A stretch of 64,000 bases of DNA. Source: Eledone cirrhosa. Lineage: Eukaryota. Positions 1 through 12,715 of the stretch are shown piece after piece (position 1 is the first letter of the stretch; every line of letters starts with the position of its first letter). The position numbers and the translations under genes are program-made. The DNA is taken from the NCBI GenBank assembly GCA_964016885.1, contig OZ024741.1, positions 42,842,001 to 42,906,000 on the forward strand. The letters run 5' to 3'. The notes under the pieces were generated by a model. It was not told where the DNA came from. It did not search any database and worked only from the letters and a program-made list of their open reading frames with translations.

Positions 1-443
1 AAAAGAAGATAACAGATCTCCATCTTGCATTAAATGCTAAAAGCATATGTTAGAGGTAACATAATGGCTGAATTACTTCTATGAAGTAATTACTAAAATG
101 CAGTATATGGGTGACGCTAAAGTTATTAAATCTACACACACTGGCTGGAGCCAAGACGTTGTGTCCTTAAATAAACTGTCTGTTTTTCTGACAGCTTCAG
201 CCCTCAATGGCTGAAACATTGTGTAATAACAATTGTAACTGAATACTTTAACAGTTATTAGAAGGAAATAAAATAACGTCGGCAATTCATATGCAAATTG
301 CAGTTTTAATGTTCTGTCTTAACTAAACTCGTTGAAATAATGGGTTATGTACACACGCACGCCCACACACACACACATATACATATATGCATAGAGATAT
401 AAAACGCTACACTGTATATCTGTCCATCTCGCTTACTCTCTCT

Positions 444-654
<211 letters not shown>

Positions 655-744
655 AGAAGGTTCAATAAGTCCGAAGAAAACTGGTGAGAGTAGCAAAGTC
701 AGCACTCGATGTAACACCTCCACTTTGTTCTTATAATATATAAA

Positions 745-1461
745 TACAGTAAAGGAGGCAGAGGAGTTGATGCAGTGGGTGGAGACTGTGTCGAGAGTGT
801 GGGGTTGAGAATGAATAACATGAAGACAAAGTATCTGATAGATAACTTTAAGAAGCCAGAGAAGATTATAAATGTAGGCAGGAAGCTGCTAGAGTTGGTT
901 GAGTAATTCCTGTATCTGGGAGCAAAGATTGGAAACACAGAGGATGATGTGGTTGAGAGGAAGAGAAAAGCCTGGGCGGCATGTCACAGTTTGAGATCGG
1001 TGTGAAAGTCGCACTTTCGTAAAGATCTGAAGTTCCGTCGCTTCGTTGCTGTAGTGGAGTCTGTGCTACCGTACGGGTTTGAGACTTGGACACTGACCAA
1101 GACACTCACTCAGATGGTGGATGGGTGCTACATGAGAATGCTGAGGATAGCTCTGAACATTAATCAGTGTGCACTGAAGATGAAGAACTCAGATCTGTAT
1201 GGGAGCCTTCCAAAAGTCACCTCGAAATTAATACAAAGGAGAATGAGACATGTTCACCGAAATTCAGAGTTAACACTGCACCCAGTGCTCCAGTGGGAGC
1301 CCCTGGACGGACACGCTAGAAGATGGAGAACCAGATTCACATATATTGATGCCATAAGGACGGACACTGGTCTCCCGGAGACACAGGTCATGGCGGCGAT
1401 GATGAAGGACAGAGACCGCTGGAGAGGACTCGTCCATGGATCTCGGGAATTTTACACACCC
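745..1461 (+). mobile_element. 5'-truncated, decayed RTE-clade LINE 3' fragment ending in (CA)n
   Basis: ESVLPYGFETWTLTK...MLRIALNI...RWRGLV resembles the post-RT C-terminus of RTE-like LINEs; YLGAKIG-like residues upstream; frameshifted. Confidence 0.75.
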
Positions 1462-1488
1462 TACACACACACACACACACACACACAT

Positions 1489-1564
<76 letters not shown>

Positions 1565-1695
1565 GCAAAAGTTCTAATTAAAATTGTTGGGATACAACAA
1601 GTAAATATTTTTATAACTGATATAAAGCACTCGACAAGTATTTGGAGTAGATATGCGATTTTAATAAATGGAAACTATATTTATAAAACCATATC

Positions 1696-1760
1696 TATTT
1701 CATTATACATATTTCAGGGATACCAAATTAAATTATGGTATGCCTTCATCAGACAAAATA
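1696..1760 (-). ncRNA. Type I hammerhead ribozyme, left arm of AT-rich PLE
   Basis: Minus strand: TATTTTGT-CTGATGA-AGGCATACCA/TGGTATCCCT stem II-GAAA-TATGTATA-ATGAAATA (stem I with 2 GU pairs). Confidence 0.8.
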
Positions 1761-3533
1761 CAATATATAACAGTTTTACAAATAAGCTTTGACGTACCCT
1801 TTTAAAATGCGACCATTATTTTTGGAAGCCATCTGGATAGGGAATTGTTTATATTATTTTAATAAGTCTTAGTGTTAAGGACAATTAGAAAAAGACGGAG
1901 AGAAAGAAAAAAGACGGAGAGAGAGAAAAAAGAAAAGAAAAAAAACGTGGAGAAATATCGGAGAGAGAGAAATGCATGGAGAAAAAAGGACGAGATAAAT
2001 AAAGACAGCAGGAAGGAAGAAATAAGAAAACAGAGGAAAGCAACAGAGAGATATCAAATCATCAGACAGATAGAAAAGCTCAAGAGAGAGAAATAATATA
2101 TAGAGAGAGGGGGAGATAATGAAAACTTTACGTCTTGTCATATTAAGTTGAGTTAACAATTTATATGAAATGAATAATAAAAATATAAATATTAATATTC
2201 ATGAATGGAACATAAATATATAATATGAGAAATTAAACATTGTTTAATAATGAATATATGTTTAGTTTAAAAATTGAGATCAATGTACTAAAATTTGAGT
2301 TTAAGCATCCAAAATGTACACATTGCTAGAGAAACCACTATCTTACGGCAAAGATACGCAAATATATATATATATATATATATATATACGCACATCCTGA
2401 AAACAGAAGTTATATCTACTCAAGCCTACAATATAGACATACAAAACACAAATGATTTCTCTTAATCACTGCTATATATTCCTTGTATTATAAAAAGTTC
2501 ACAGCATATATACATAAATATATACGATTAACATTCATGCATTCATATATACGATTACCATTCATGCATTTAACATTCAGTTAAAATTATGCATATCTGC
2601 AATCAAAACTGCGTGGGTAGGCATGCACACACATAACTCTCACCCACACACATACATATATATATATATACACATACACATATGTATAAATAAATATTTG
2701 CGTGCGTCTTCACCAATTGTTAGACCCGCATCACTCATGTACACATACAGACAGATATACAATCATAAAAAACCTATAACACTTTTATATGCATGTTAAT
2801 ACACACATACATATTTGTATAGAGATAATCAAATATCAATATATTACTAAAGGATTATACTTTGGAAATATAATTATAACAATATAAATTTAAAATACCA
2901 AAGGATTATATTTTGGAAATACAATTATATCAGTATAGTCTAAAGGACAAACGAATTCTAAAAATATCAAACATTAAATATCTTTAAAACACTATAGAGT
3001 ATCTTAAGTTAAAATAATATGTTTCATATATTTAGTATAGAAATTTATCCTACGTATATTTCAATCAAGATATTGAAAGGGTAGACTTATGAAAATTAAG
3101 AGAAGCTATCAGAATCAAAACAAACCTAATAAAAATAAAAATAAAAATAAAAATAAAAATAAAAATAAAAATAAAAATAAAAATAAAAATAAAAATAAAA
3201 ATAAAAATAAAAATAAAAATAAAAATAAAAATAAAAATAAATATTATATCAATATAATTTAAAAATTTAAAAATTTAAAAAGTTTAAAAAATATATAGAT
3301 TTAAAAATTTAAAAAATTTAAAAAAGCCAAGGATTCTACAGATATCGTTATATTTAGTATAGAAATTTATCTTACGTATATTTTATTTAAGACATTGAAA
3401 GTATAGACATTTTAGAGTAGTTTATTATATCTATGTTTATATTTAGGAAGAAAATTTAAAAAGAAAAAGGTGAAGGAATCTAATGATTTATCGACAGGTT
3501 TCATATATTAACTAAATTACTTAATTAATTATA

Positions 3534-4300
3534 CTACATTTTAAATTTATATTTATATTTAAACGTTGAGTTCAATCTATGTCTGCAGCAACTGAATAAA
3601 TTATTCCTTAAATTAAGGGAATTTTTGGACTTTAAAATAAAGAATATTTCTTCAATACAAAGATCACAATTTTCTGAAGAGGAATTAAAAGGAGTAGCTT
3701 TGAAATAATATTCCAAGTCATCGAATATTTAACATTATCTCGTTTTAGGTCCCATAGTAGGCTAGATAACGAAGTTGAAGATTTTTTGTTTCGATCTGTG
3801 AAAGAATTTTTATGATTATTGAAGCGAAATTTAAATTCTGTAGAGGTAGAACCAACATAGTTAAATTAATTTAAATTAGTTTTAACATTACAATTGTACA
3901 CTACATTTTTAGCTAAGCAGTTGTTATTTAACGGACAGTTAGATTTATTTCTACAGTTACAGTTATTCAATTGAATATTGCTTGGGTTATTATTGGTATT
4001 TTGGTTAGGTTTTAAGTTTCTATTATTAATTCTATTAATATTTTGAGCTAAATTTTTGGTGGACGAGTAAGTTAATTTTATAGTATGTCCATTAAAAATT
4101 GAGTAATATTTATGTGTTCTAGGGAAGCGTTTGTCAAGAGCTTTAAAGAATAGTTTAGCAATAGGGGTTTTAATATTTAGTGAGAAAGGGGGAGCAAACC
4201 ATAATATATTTCTAGTTCTATTTCTTTTTCGGCTTTTGGAATTATTGTAAAGTTTTCTATTATAGTTGTTAAAGTTGTTACCATAATTAAAATTGTTATT
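3534..4300 (-). pseudogene. Naiad-type linker/GIY-YIG remnant (left arm)
   Basis: IIWFAPPFS..IAKLFF..HTIKLTYS..CNC..CPL; stops and frameshift; parallels the C-terminal part of the intact ORF at 7955-10108. Confidence 0.85.
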
Positions 4301-4344
4301 ATTTTGGTTAGTTTGCTTATTATTATTATTATCGATGTATTTAA

Positions 4345-4856
4345 TTTAGTACAAAATATTAATAGAATTAATGATAGAAACTTAAAACCTAACCAAAATA
4401 CCAATAATAACCCAAGCAATATTCAATTGAATAACTGTAACTGTAGAAATAAATCTAACTGTCCGTTAAATAACAACTGCTTAGCTAAAAATGTAGTGTA
4501 CAATTGTAATGTTAAAACTAATTTAAATTCATTTAACTATGTCGGTTCTACCTCTACAGAATTTAAATTTCACTTCTAAAAAATTCTTTCACAGATCCAA
4601 ACAAAAAATCTTCAACTTCGCTATCTAGCCTACTATGGGACCTAAAACGAGATAATGTTAAATATTCGATGACTTGGAATATTATTTCAAAGCTACTCCT
4701 TTTAATTCCTCTTCAGAAAATTGTGATCTTTGTATTGAAGAAATATTCTTTATATTAAAGTCCAAAAATTCCCTTAATTTAAGGAATAATTTATTCAGTT
4801 GCTGCAGACATAGATTGAACTCAACGTTTAAATATAAATATAAATTTAAAATGTAG
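4345..4856 (+). pseudogene. Naiad-type GIY-YIG remnant (right arm)
   Basis: ORFs 4304-4579 and 4674-4856 are the inverted copy of the left arm. Confidence 0.85.
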
Positions 4857-6623
4857 TATAATTAATTAAGTAATTTAGTTAATATATGAAACCTGTCGAT
4901 AAATCATTAGATTCCTTCACCTTTTTCTTTTTAAATTTTCTTCCTAAATATAAACATAGATATAATAAACTACTCTAAAATGTCTATACTTCCAATGTCT
5001 TAAATAAAATATACGTAAGATAAATTTCTATACTAAATATAAGGATATCTGTAGAATACGTGGCTTTTTTAAATTTTTTAAATTTTTAAATTTTTTAAAC
5101 TTTTAAATTTTTTAAATTTTTAAATTTTTAAATTTTTTTAATTTTTTTAACTTTTTAAATTTTTAAATTTTTAAATTATATTGATATAATATTTATTTAA
5201 CTTTTATTTTTATTTTTATTTTTATTTTTATTTTTATTTTTATTTATAAGGTTTGTTTTGATTCTGATAGCTTCTCATAATTTTCATAAGTTTACCCTTT
5301 CAATATCTTGATTGAAATATACGTAGGATAAATTTCTATGCTAAATATATGAAACATATTATTTTAACTTAAGATACTCTATAGTGTTTTAAAGATATTT
5401 AATGTTTTGATATTTCTAGAATTCGTTTGTCCTTTAGACTATACTGATATAATTGTATTTCCAAAATATAATCCTTTGGTATTTTAAATTTATATTGTTA
5501 TAATTATATTTCCAAAGTATAATCCTTTAGTAATATATTGATATTTGATTATCTCTATACAAATATGTATGTGTGTATTAACATGCATATAAAAGTGTTA
5601 TAGGTTTTTTTATGATTGTATATCTGTCTGTATGTATACATGAGTGATGCGGGTCTAACAATTGGTGAAGACGCACGCAAATATTTATTTATACATGTGT
5701 ATGTGTATATATATATATGTATATGTATGTGTGTGGGTGAGAGTTATGTGTGTTCATGGCTACCCACGCAGTTTTGATTGCAGATATGCATAATTTTAAC
5801 TGAATGTTAAATGCATGAATGGTAATCGTATATATGAATGCATGAATGTTAATCGTATATATTTATGTATATATACTGTGAACTTTTTATAACACAAGGA
5901 ATGTATAGCAGTGATTAAGAGAAATCATTTGTGTTTTGTATGTCTATATTGTAGGCTTGAGTAGATATAACTTCTGTTTTCAGGATGTGCGTATATATAT
6001 ATTTGTGTATCTTTGCCGTAAGATAGTGGTTTCTCTAGCAATGTGTACATTTTGGATGCTTAAACTCAAATTTTAGTACATTGATCTCAATTTTTAAACT
6101 AAACATATATTCATTATTAAACAATGTTTAATTTCTCATATTATATATTTATGTCCCATTCATGAATATTAATATTTATATTTTTATTATTCATTTCATA
6201 TAAATTGTTAACTCAACTTAATATGACAAGACGTAAAGTTTTCATTATCTTCCCCTCTCTCTATATATTATTTCTCTCTCTTGAGCTTTTCTATCTGTCT
6301 GATGATTTGATATCTCTCCGTTGCTTTCCTCTGTTTTTCTTATTTCTTCCTTTTTTCTTTTTTCTTTCCTTCCTCCTGTCTTTATTTACCTCTTCCTTTT
6401 TTCTCCATGCATTTCTCTCTCTCCGATATTTCTCCACTTTTTTTTCTTTTTCTTTTTTCTCTCTCTCCGTCTTTTTTCTTTCTCTCCGTCTTTTTCTAAC
6501 TGTCCTTAACACTAAGACTTATTAAAATAATATAAACAATTCATTATCCAGATGGCTTCCAAAAATAATGGTCGCATTTTAAAAGGGTACGTCAAAGCTT
6601 ATTTGTAAAACTGTTATATATTG

Positions 6624-6688
6624 TATTTTGTCTGATGAAGGCATACGATAATTTAATTTGGTATCCCTGAAATATGTATAATGAAATA
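6624..6688 (+). ncRNA. Type I hammerhead ribozyme, right arm of AT-rich PLE
   Basis: CTGATGA 6632-6638, stem II 6639-6668, GAAA 6669-6672, minimal near-palindromic stem III, AUA triplet, stem I TATTTTGT/ATGAAATA. Confidence 0.8.
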
Positions 6689-6762
6689 GATATGGTTTTA
6701 TAAATATAGTTTCCATTTATTAATATCGTATATATATATATATATATATAGGAACCAGTAAG

Positions 6763-6856
6763 ACCCCGACAGCTGAGCTCAAGCCGTTTCGACGGCTAAT
6801 TCTGGACTAAATGAACATTTATCCTGGTATTTAAATAGCCGATCTTCTCAAGGGGT
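6763..6856 (-). ncRNA. Type I hammerhead ribozyme (U3-A8 core variant, long stem II)
   Basis: Minus strand: ACCCC-TTGAGAA-GA(T)CGGCTA...TAGCCGTC-GAAA-CGGC-TTGAGCTCA-GCTG-TC|GGGGT; predicted GUC cleavage between 6768 and 6767. Confidence 0.85.
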
Positions 6857-7954
6857 AATTCCATATATGGTCAAAGTGATTGTCAAAAATCAGTAGTAAT
6901 TCTGTGGTTGCAAATTAGTAGGGGAGGTGGTGGCTAAACCTGCCAGTAGGAGAAAGAGGGGAGGGGGTGGAGTAGACCCAATCAAGCGTTGGTAGTGCCA
7001 GCTACAGCTGGGCATGAGGTCAAAGAAGATACAGGGGAGGGGGAGGGGGAGGAAGTCGGAACGGTAGGTAGAACAATGGTGGGTAGAAATAGGAAAGAAA
7101 AAATACTGAGAGTGAAGAAAAGCAAATAAGTGTAAAGAAAAAATTAAATTCTACGACCTAGGTGTCAGGCTATTGTTAGGCGAGAATAAAATAAAGAAAG
7201 AAAGAAAGAAGTAAATAAATAAATAAATAAATAAATAAGGAAATACGTAAAAGAACTAGGTGGGACGAATTAGGCAAGGACCCTTTTAAGAGGTATAAGT
7301 ACGTAAATGATACGGTGACTGGTCAACAAAAGGGGCCAAAATACTAAAGAGACTACCACGAAATAAACAATAAAGGTTTCCATCCCGGGCCAGCAACGAC
7401 CCAGTGCAGCAAAGTGAACTTGTACGACATAATAATTCTGAGTCCCGAGAAAAATATATACTAATGCTAACTCTAAAAGATCTAAAACAAGCTACATGAA
7501 AGTTCGTACGAAATAAAGGTAGAATACGGAGAAATAAGTTCAGAATCCACCCCGCCCAGAAGAAAAGCGAAGCAAGAAATACTGAAACGAAAAAATAAGG
7601 CATAAGTGCCACTAAGAAATATAGAGGGCACAGAGAATAGTGGGAGCGGTCGGAAAAGGGGGGCAAGTATCCGGGGTCTAAGCCAACTGCTATAAAGGGC
7701 GGCGTCCGCCAAATCTATCAAAGACTAGGGGAGGGGGGAGTGGGGGTACTAAGGCTACATGGGGCCAAAGGGCAGCCTCGGGTGGGCGAGAAAAGACGCC
7801 GACAAAGGAGAAGAGCTGGGGTAGAAGGACAAAGGAGAGAGGGGGGAAGGAAATAAAGGATGCGATAAAAGAATACAAAGAAGATCTTACGTCTTCCTTG
7901 GCAAGCAGGGGTTACCCATTGCAAAATCGGCAACTGGGGTGTTATAGCCCTAGT

Positions 7955-10108
7955 CTACCCCCCCGGGTCATTATGGGGTTTGAGGGCGAGGTAAGTCCTA
8001 CGCAATCTATGTTTACATGCAGTAACCAGTTCATCTTTCTTGTTTAGGAGTTGGTCCGTCGAAAACAGCATTTGTAAAGTTTCCTCCGAGCATAAATTGC
8101 ACGGACGGCGTCCTCCCGTGTAAGAATTGGCTCTGGACAGTAATCTCCAAGTGAGATCATAGGTGATGTTGTTGTCCTTGAGGTCCCATATGTGGCCCGA
8201 AAGTGTAGTGGCGTGACGCCGGGCCGGGTTTCGGAAGGTATGTCTATGTTGGTATAGCCGGGTCTTGAAGTCACATGCGGTAAGTCCTATATAGGCTTTG
8301 TTGGAGGTATCCGTCCTCACGTTGCACTGGTAGATCACATTACGGTCTCTGCATCTATTGTCGAGTGGGCAAATAGATCTATCCGGGCAGTTACACCTCC
8401 TGGTCGGTTCTCCACTGCTATTTAGGTTATTTCTGCCATCGGGGTTGAGTTTTTTGTTGTTAGAGGAGACGATGTTTTGTGCGAAGTTTGGTGTAGTGCT
8501 GTAAGAGAGTTTGATGGTATTTTTGTTAATTATGTTGTGGTAGCGGTGTTGTAATGGGAAGTGTTTTTCAATGAGCCTAAAGAATAGTTTCCCGATGGGA
8601 GTAGTCACCTCTGCGTTGTGGGGAGGATTGAACCATGTTACATTGCGTGAGCGGCGGTGTCTCCTGCTGGTTCCGCTAATGGGATCTGGACAGTAGGATA
8701 TTTCCTCCCGGAAACCACTCCGCTTGAGGGCCTGGTTGTAATAAGGCGCATGTTCATCGAATATCCGCTCATTAGCTGACAAACGGGATATGCGGAGGGA
8801 GATGTTTTTGACCAGGTTGTTTGTGATGTTCCTAGGATGGTTTGATCGGCGGTGGATGTAGTGCAGATTGTCATTAGGTTTCCTGTATGGGTAGTACAGG
8901 TCGTTTTCGAGGTCGAGGGTTACGTCCAGGAAGTTTACTCGGGTCAGGGACGTTTGTAGGGTTATTTTAAATCCCCAGTCGCGGAAGAATCTGATTAATT
9001 GTTTCCGGACCCGATCTGTACTACTGGGGTTGTACCCTTTAAGGGTAAGGAGCCCATCATCACGGTACAATCCACCACCGAATGCAGGAAACATATCAGT
9101 GAGTTTGGCTATTAGGAATAATCCTATAAGATCAGTGACCTCCGCCGAATCCGTGGCGCCCATGCTGACGTCGAAGGGTGAGTCGGGAGCTCTTTTTATC
9201 CATTTAGAGTCGTCAAAGAGTAAGACTGTCTTCCTGGCGTGGAGGATGATTTTTCTTTCCTGGTCGGTGATGGGCACGAGTGTTTCGGCGAAGTCCAAGG
9301 CGGCAGTAAGTAGCGGTAAGGTGATTGAAGCATAGTAGCTCTCTATGTCGAACTGTATGAATTTAGTTTCTCGTTTATCCTCCATATTGCTGAACCAGGA
9401 GATTACTTCCTGGGTGTTGATCCATAGGCTAAGTCGGGTGTGTTGCTTGACTTTTGGTATCACGCGGTCTAGGATTTTTTTGCTGATTCTCCCTATGTCG
9501 GACTTCGTTGGGTTAATAAGCCTGATGGAGGGTTTACGGTCAAAATCGGATTTATGGTCCTTCAGTGTGAAGTATGGTGTCCGTGGGTCTAGAGGTTCCG
9601 TGCGGTCGGCGACCCCGAGGCTGGAGGTGATTTGTTGTCCATCTCGATTTATGTCCTCAATGCAAGAGTGGTTGGCCTTTTTATAGGTGGAGTTTAGGCT
9701 GCTCCTGATCAGTGTGTGGTATCTGTCAGGGTTGACAAAGTATAGGTTCCCAGTTTTATCCGAATGCACCATGATGTCATTTGTGTTATCATACTCTGTT
9801 AAGTTGCTACGGAGTTTTTGTAGGAATCGGTTGTGTCTGGGTTTAAATTTAATGTTCTTGACCAGTTGGAAGAGGTCATTCTCGAAGGGTGCGAGCAAGG
9901 GGTTCAGGGGCGGAGATTTGTAGGTAATAAATCCGAATCTCTCCTTGGTGCCGAAGTCTTGGTTGTCGCAATATCTGTCATAGAAAAAAGTTCTCCATCT
10001 AAGTCTTTTCGCAAATAGATCAATTTTTTGCGTGAGCATCCGAAGGTAAAGTTTTTTCGGTGGGATTGGGATGTTCTTGGTAGAGAAGTCAATGTTGTGT
10101 TTTCGCAT
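7955..10108 (-). CDS. PLE polyprotein: reverse transcriptase + C-terminal GIY-YIG endonuclease (Naiad-like), 717 aa from first ATG
   Basis: FSTKNIPIP..KRLRWRTFF N-terminus; FIQFDIESYY, VSMGA, LYRDDGL, VNFLDVTL RT motifs; CNC..CPL..VIY..YIG..R..HR..CNLC.EE..LLN..CKHR endonuclease. Open frame extends to 10255; first ATG at 10108. Confidence 0.93.
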   Translation of the reverse strand: MRKHNIDFSTKNIPIPPKKLYLRMLTQKIDLFAKRLRWRTFFYDRYCDNQDFGTKERFGFITYKSPPLNPLLAPFENDLFQLVKNIKFKPRHNRFLQKLRSNLTEYDNTNDIMVHSDKTGNLYFVNPDRYHTLIRSSLNSTYKKANHSCIEDINRDGQQITSSLGVADRTEPLDPRTPYFTLKDHKSDFDRKPSIRLINPTKSDIGRISKKILDRVIPKVKQHTRLSLWINTQEVISWFSNMEDKRETKFIQFDIESYYASITLPLLTAALDFAETLVPITDQERKIILHARKTVLLFDDSKWIKRAPDSPFDVSMGATDSAEVTDLIGLFLIAKLTDMFPAFGGGLYRDDGLLTLKGYNPSSTDRVRKQLIRFFRDWGFKITLQTSLTRVNFLDVTLDLENDLYYPYRKPNDNLHYIHRRSNHPRNITNNLVKNISLRISRLSANERIFDEHAPYYNQALKRSGFREEISYCPDPISGTSRRHRRSRNVTWFNPPHNAEVTTPIGKLFFRLIEKHFPLQHRYHNIINKNTIKLSYSTTPNFAQNIVSSNNKKLNPDGRNNLNSSGEPTRRCNCPDRSICPLDNRCRDRNVIYQCNVRTDTSNKAYIGLTACDFKTRLYQHRHTFRNPARRHATTLSGHIWDLKDNNITYDLTWRLLSRANSYTGGRRPCNLCSEETLQMLFSTDQLLNKKDELVTACKHRLRRTYLALKPHNDPGG

Positions 10109-10293
10109 GGTGCGGGTGAAATGAATTGAGCTTAGCGGAAAAGTCTGGATACGGCGTGGTAGGGTCGGAAAGTGCTCTACTACGGGAGTAGGAGCTAGAT
10201 AACGAAGGAAATGTGGTAAGGAACCAGGTGGACCATAACGCACCAAAGTACTCAATACTTGAGGTAGTAGAGTGGGTAATAGGAACCAGTAAG

Positions 10294-10387
10294 ACCCCGA
10301 CAGCTGAGCTCAAGCCGTTTCGACGGCTAATTCTGGACTAAATGAACATTTATCCTGGTATTTAAATAGCCGATCTTCTCAAGGGGT
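10294..10387 (-). ncRNA. Second copy of the U3-A8 hammerhead (upstream pLTR)
   Basis: Same sequence as 6763-6856, 3531 bp away. Confidence 0.85.
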
Positions 10388-11485
10388 AATTCCATATATG
10401 GTCAAAGTGATTGTCAAAAATCAGTAGTAATTCTGTGGTTGCAAATTAGTAGGGGAGATGGTGGCTAAACCTGCCAGTAGGAGAAAGAGGGGAGGGGGTG
10501 GAGTAGACCCAATCAAGCGTTGGTAGTGCCAGCTACAGCTGGGCATGAGGTCAAAGAAGATACAGGGGAGGGGGAGGGGGAGGAAGTCGGAACGGTAGGT
10601 AGAACAATGGTGGGTAGAAATAGGAAAGAAAAAATACTGAGAGTGAAGAAAAGCAAATAAGTGTAAAGAAAAAATTAAATTCTACGACCTAGGTGTCAGG
10701 CTATTGTTAGGCGAGAATAAAATAAAGAAAGAAAGAAAGAAGTAAATAAATAAATAAATAAATAAATAAGGAAATACGTAAAAGAACTAGGTGGGACGAA
10801 TTAGGCAAGGACCCTTTTAAGAGGTATAAGTACGTAAATGATACGGTGACTGGTCAACAAAAGGGGCCAAAATACTAAAGAGACTACCACGAAATAAACA
10901 ATAAAGGTTTCCATCCCGGGCCAGCAACGACCCAGTGCAGCAAAGTGAACTTGTACGACATAATAATTCTGAGTCCCGAGAAAAATATATACTAATGCTA
11001 ACTCTAAAAGATCTAAAACAAGCTACATGAAAGTTCGTACGAAATAAAGGTAGAATACGGAGAAATAAGTTCAGAATCCACCCCGCCCAGAAGAAAAGCG
11101 AAGCAAGAAATACTGAAACGAAAAAATAAGGCATAAGTGCCACTAAGAAATATAGAGGGCACAGAGAATAGTGGGAGCGGTCGGAAAAGGGGGGCAAGTA
11201 TCCGGGGTCTAAGCCAACTGCTATAAAGGGCGGCGTCCGCCAAATCTATCAAAGACTAGGGGAGGGGGGAGTGGGGGTACTAAGGCTACATGGGGCCAAA
11301 GGGCAGCCTCGGGTGGGCGAGAAAAGACGCCGACAAAGGAGAAGAGCTGGGGTAGAAGGACAAAGGAGAGAGGGGGGAAGGAAATAAAGGATGCGATAAA
11401 AGAATACAAAGAAGATCTTACGTCTTCCTTGGCAAGCAGGGGTTACCCATTGCAAAATCGGCAACTGGGGTGTTATAGCCCTAGT

Positions 11486-12211
11486 CTACCCCCCCGGGTC
11501 ATTATGGGGTTTGAGGGCGAGGTAAGTCCTACGCAATCTATGTTTACATGCAGTAACCAGTTCATCTTTCTTGTTTAGGAGTTGGTCCGTCGAAAACAGC
11601 ATTTGTAAAGTTTCCTCCGAGCATAAATTGCACGGACGGCGTCCTCCCGTGTAAGAATTGGCTCTGGACAGTAATCTCCAAGTGAGATCATAGGTGATGT
11701 TGTTGTCCTTGAGGTCCCATATGTGGCCCGAAAGTGTAGTGGCGTGACGCCGGGCCGGGTTTCGGAAGGTATGTCTATGTTGGTATAGCCGGGTCTTGAA
11801 GTCACATGCGGTAAGTCCTATATAGGCTTTGTTGGAGGTATCCGTCCTCACGTTGCACTGGTAGATCACATTACGGTCTCTGCATCTATTGTCGAGTGGG
11901 CAAATAGATCTATCCGGGCAGTTACACCTCCTGGTCGGTTCTCCACTGCTATTTAGGTTATTTCTGCCATCGGGGTTGAGTTTTTTGTTGTTAGAGGAGA
12001 CGATGTTTTGTGCGAAGTTTGGTGTAGTGCTGTAAGAGAGTTTGATGGTATTTTTGTTAATTATGTTGTGGTAGCGGTGTTGTAATGGGAAGTGTTTTTC
12101 AATGAGCCTAAAGAATAGTTTCCCGATGGGAGTAGTCACCTCTGCGTTGTGGGGAGGATTGAACCATGTTACATTGCGTGAGCGGCGGTGTCTCCTGCTG
12201 GTTCCGCTAAT
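11486..12211 (-). pseudogene. 5'-truncated duplicate of the PLE ORF (GIY-YIG part)
   Basis: Translation identical to the C-terminal 217 aa of 7955-10108. Confidence 0.92.
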
Positions 12212-12387
12212 GAAGATCGGCTATTTAAATACCAGGATAAATGTTCATTTAGTCCAGAATTAGCCGTCGAAACGGCTTGAGCTCAGCTGTCGGGGTCTTA
12301 CTGGTTCCTATTACCCACTCTACTACCTCAAGTATTGAGTACTTTGGTGCGTTATGGTCCACCTGGTTCCTTACCACATTTCCTTCG

Positions 12388-12436
<49 letters not shown>

Positions 12437-12560
12437 TATAAATGATATATGACAGGATATATCAATTAAGAAACAAACTAATATGTTGCACATGTATACA
12501 GAACCAATAATATGCAAATTTAAATACAAACTCTCGGGCGTTAAATGATCTCTACTCTCA

Positions 12561-12715
12561 TAGGCATTCTGAGTTCAAATCCTGCCAAGGTTTGCTTTGC
12601 CCTTCATCCTTATGGGGTCGATGAAATAAAGTACCAGTAATGCACTGGAGTCCATTTACCGACTTTGCCCTCCCCTAAAATTGCTGGTTTTGTGCCTTTA
12701 TTGGAAACCATTATT
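12561..12715 (+). mobile_element. tRNA-derived SINE family A, partial
   Basis: GAGTTCAAATCC B-box, ...GGGGTCGATGAAATAAAGTACCAG..., GAAACCATTATT tail; a further partial copy at ~13196-13300. Confidence 0.75.

Larger units (their letters stand above)
1565..6730. mobile_element. AT-rich Naiad-type PLE, 5'-truncated, in head-to-head inverted arrangement (arms ~1652-4050 and ~4345-6730)
   Basis: The arms are reverse complements over ~2.4 kb. Each has a GIY-YIG C-terminus (CNC..CPL..C..NVVY..YVG..CDLC.EE..SCCRHR), a long 3'UTR and a hammerhead. Flanked by (TA)n. Confidence 0.9.
6751..12390 (-). mobile_element. Recent Naiad-type Penelope-like retroelement: partial tandem (3531-bp unit) plus inverted pLTR segment, inserted in (TA)n
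   Basis: 6751-8680 is near-identical to 10282-12211 (offset 3531); 12212-12390 is the reverse complement of ~10198-10377; (TA)n on both sides; intact RT + GIY-YIG ORF. Confidence 0.95.

Noticed and set aside
7955-10108. Selenocysteine-encoding Naiad (in-frame UGA plus SECIS)
   Set aside because: The ORF has no in-frame TGA, and the Cys motifs in both Naiad-type families here use TGT/TGC.
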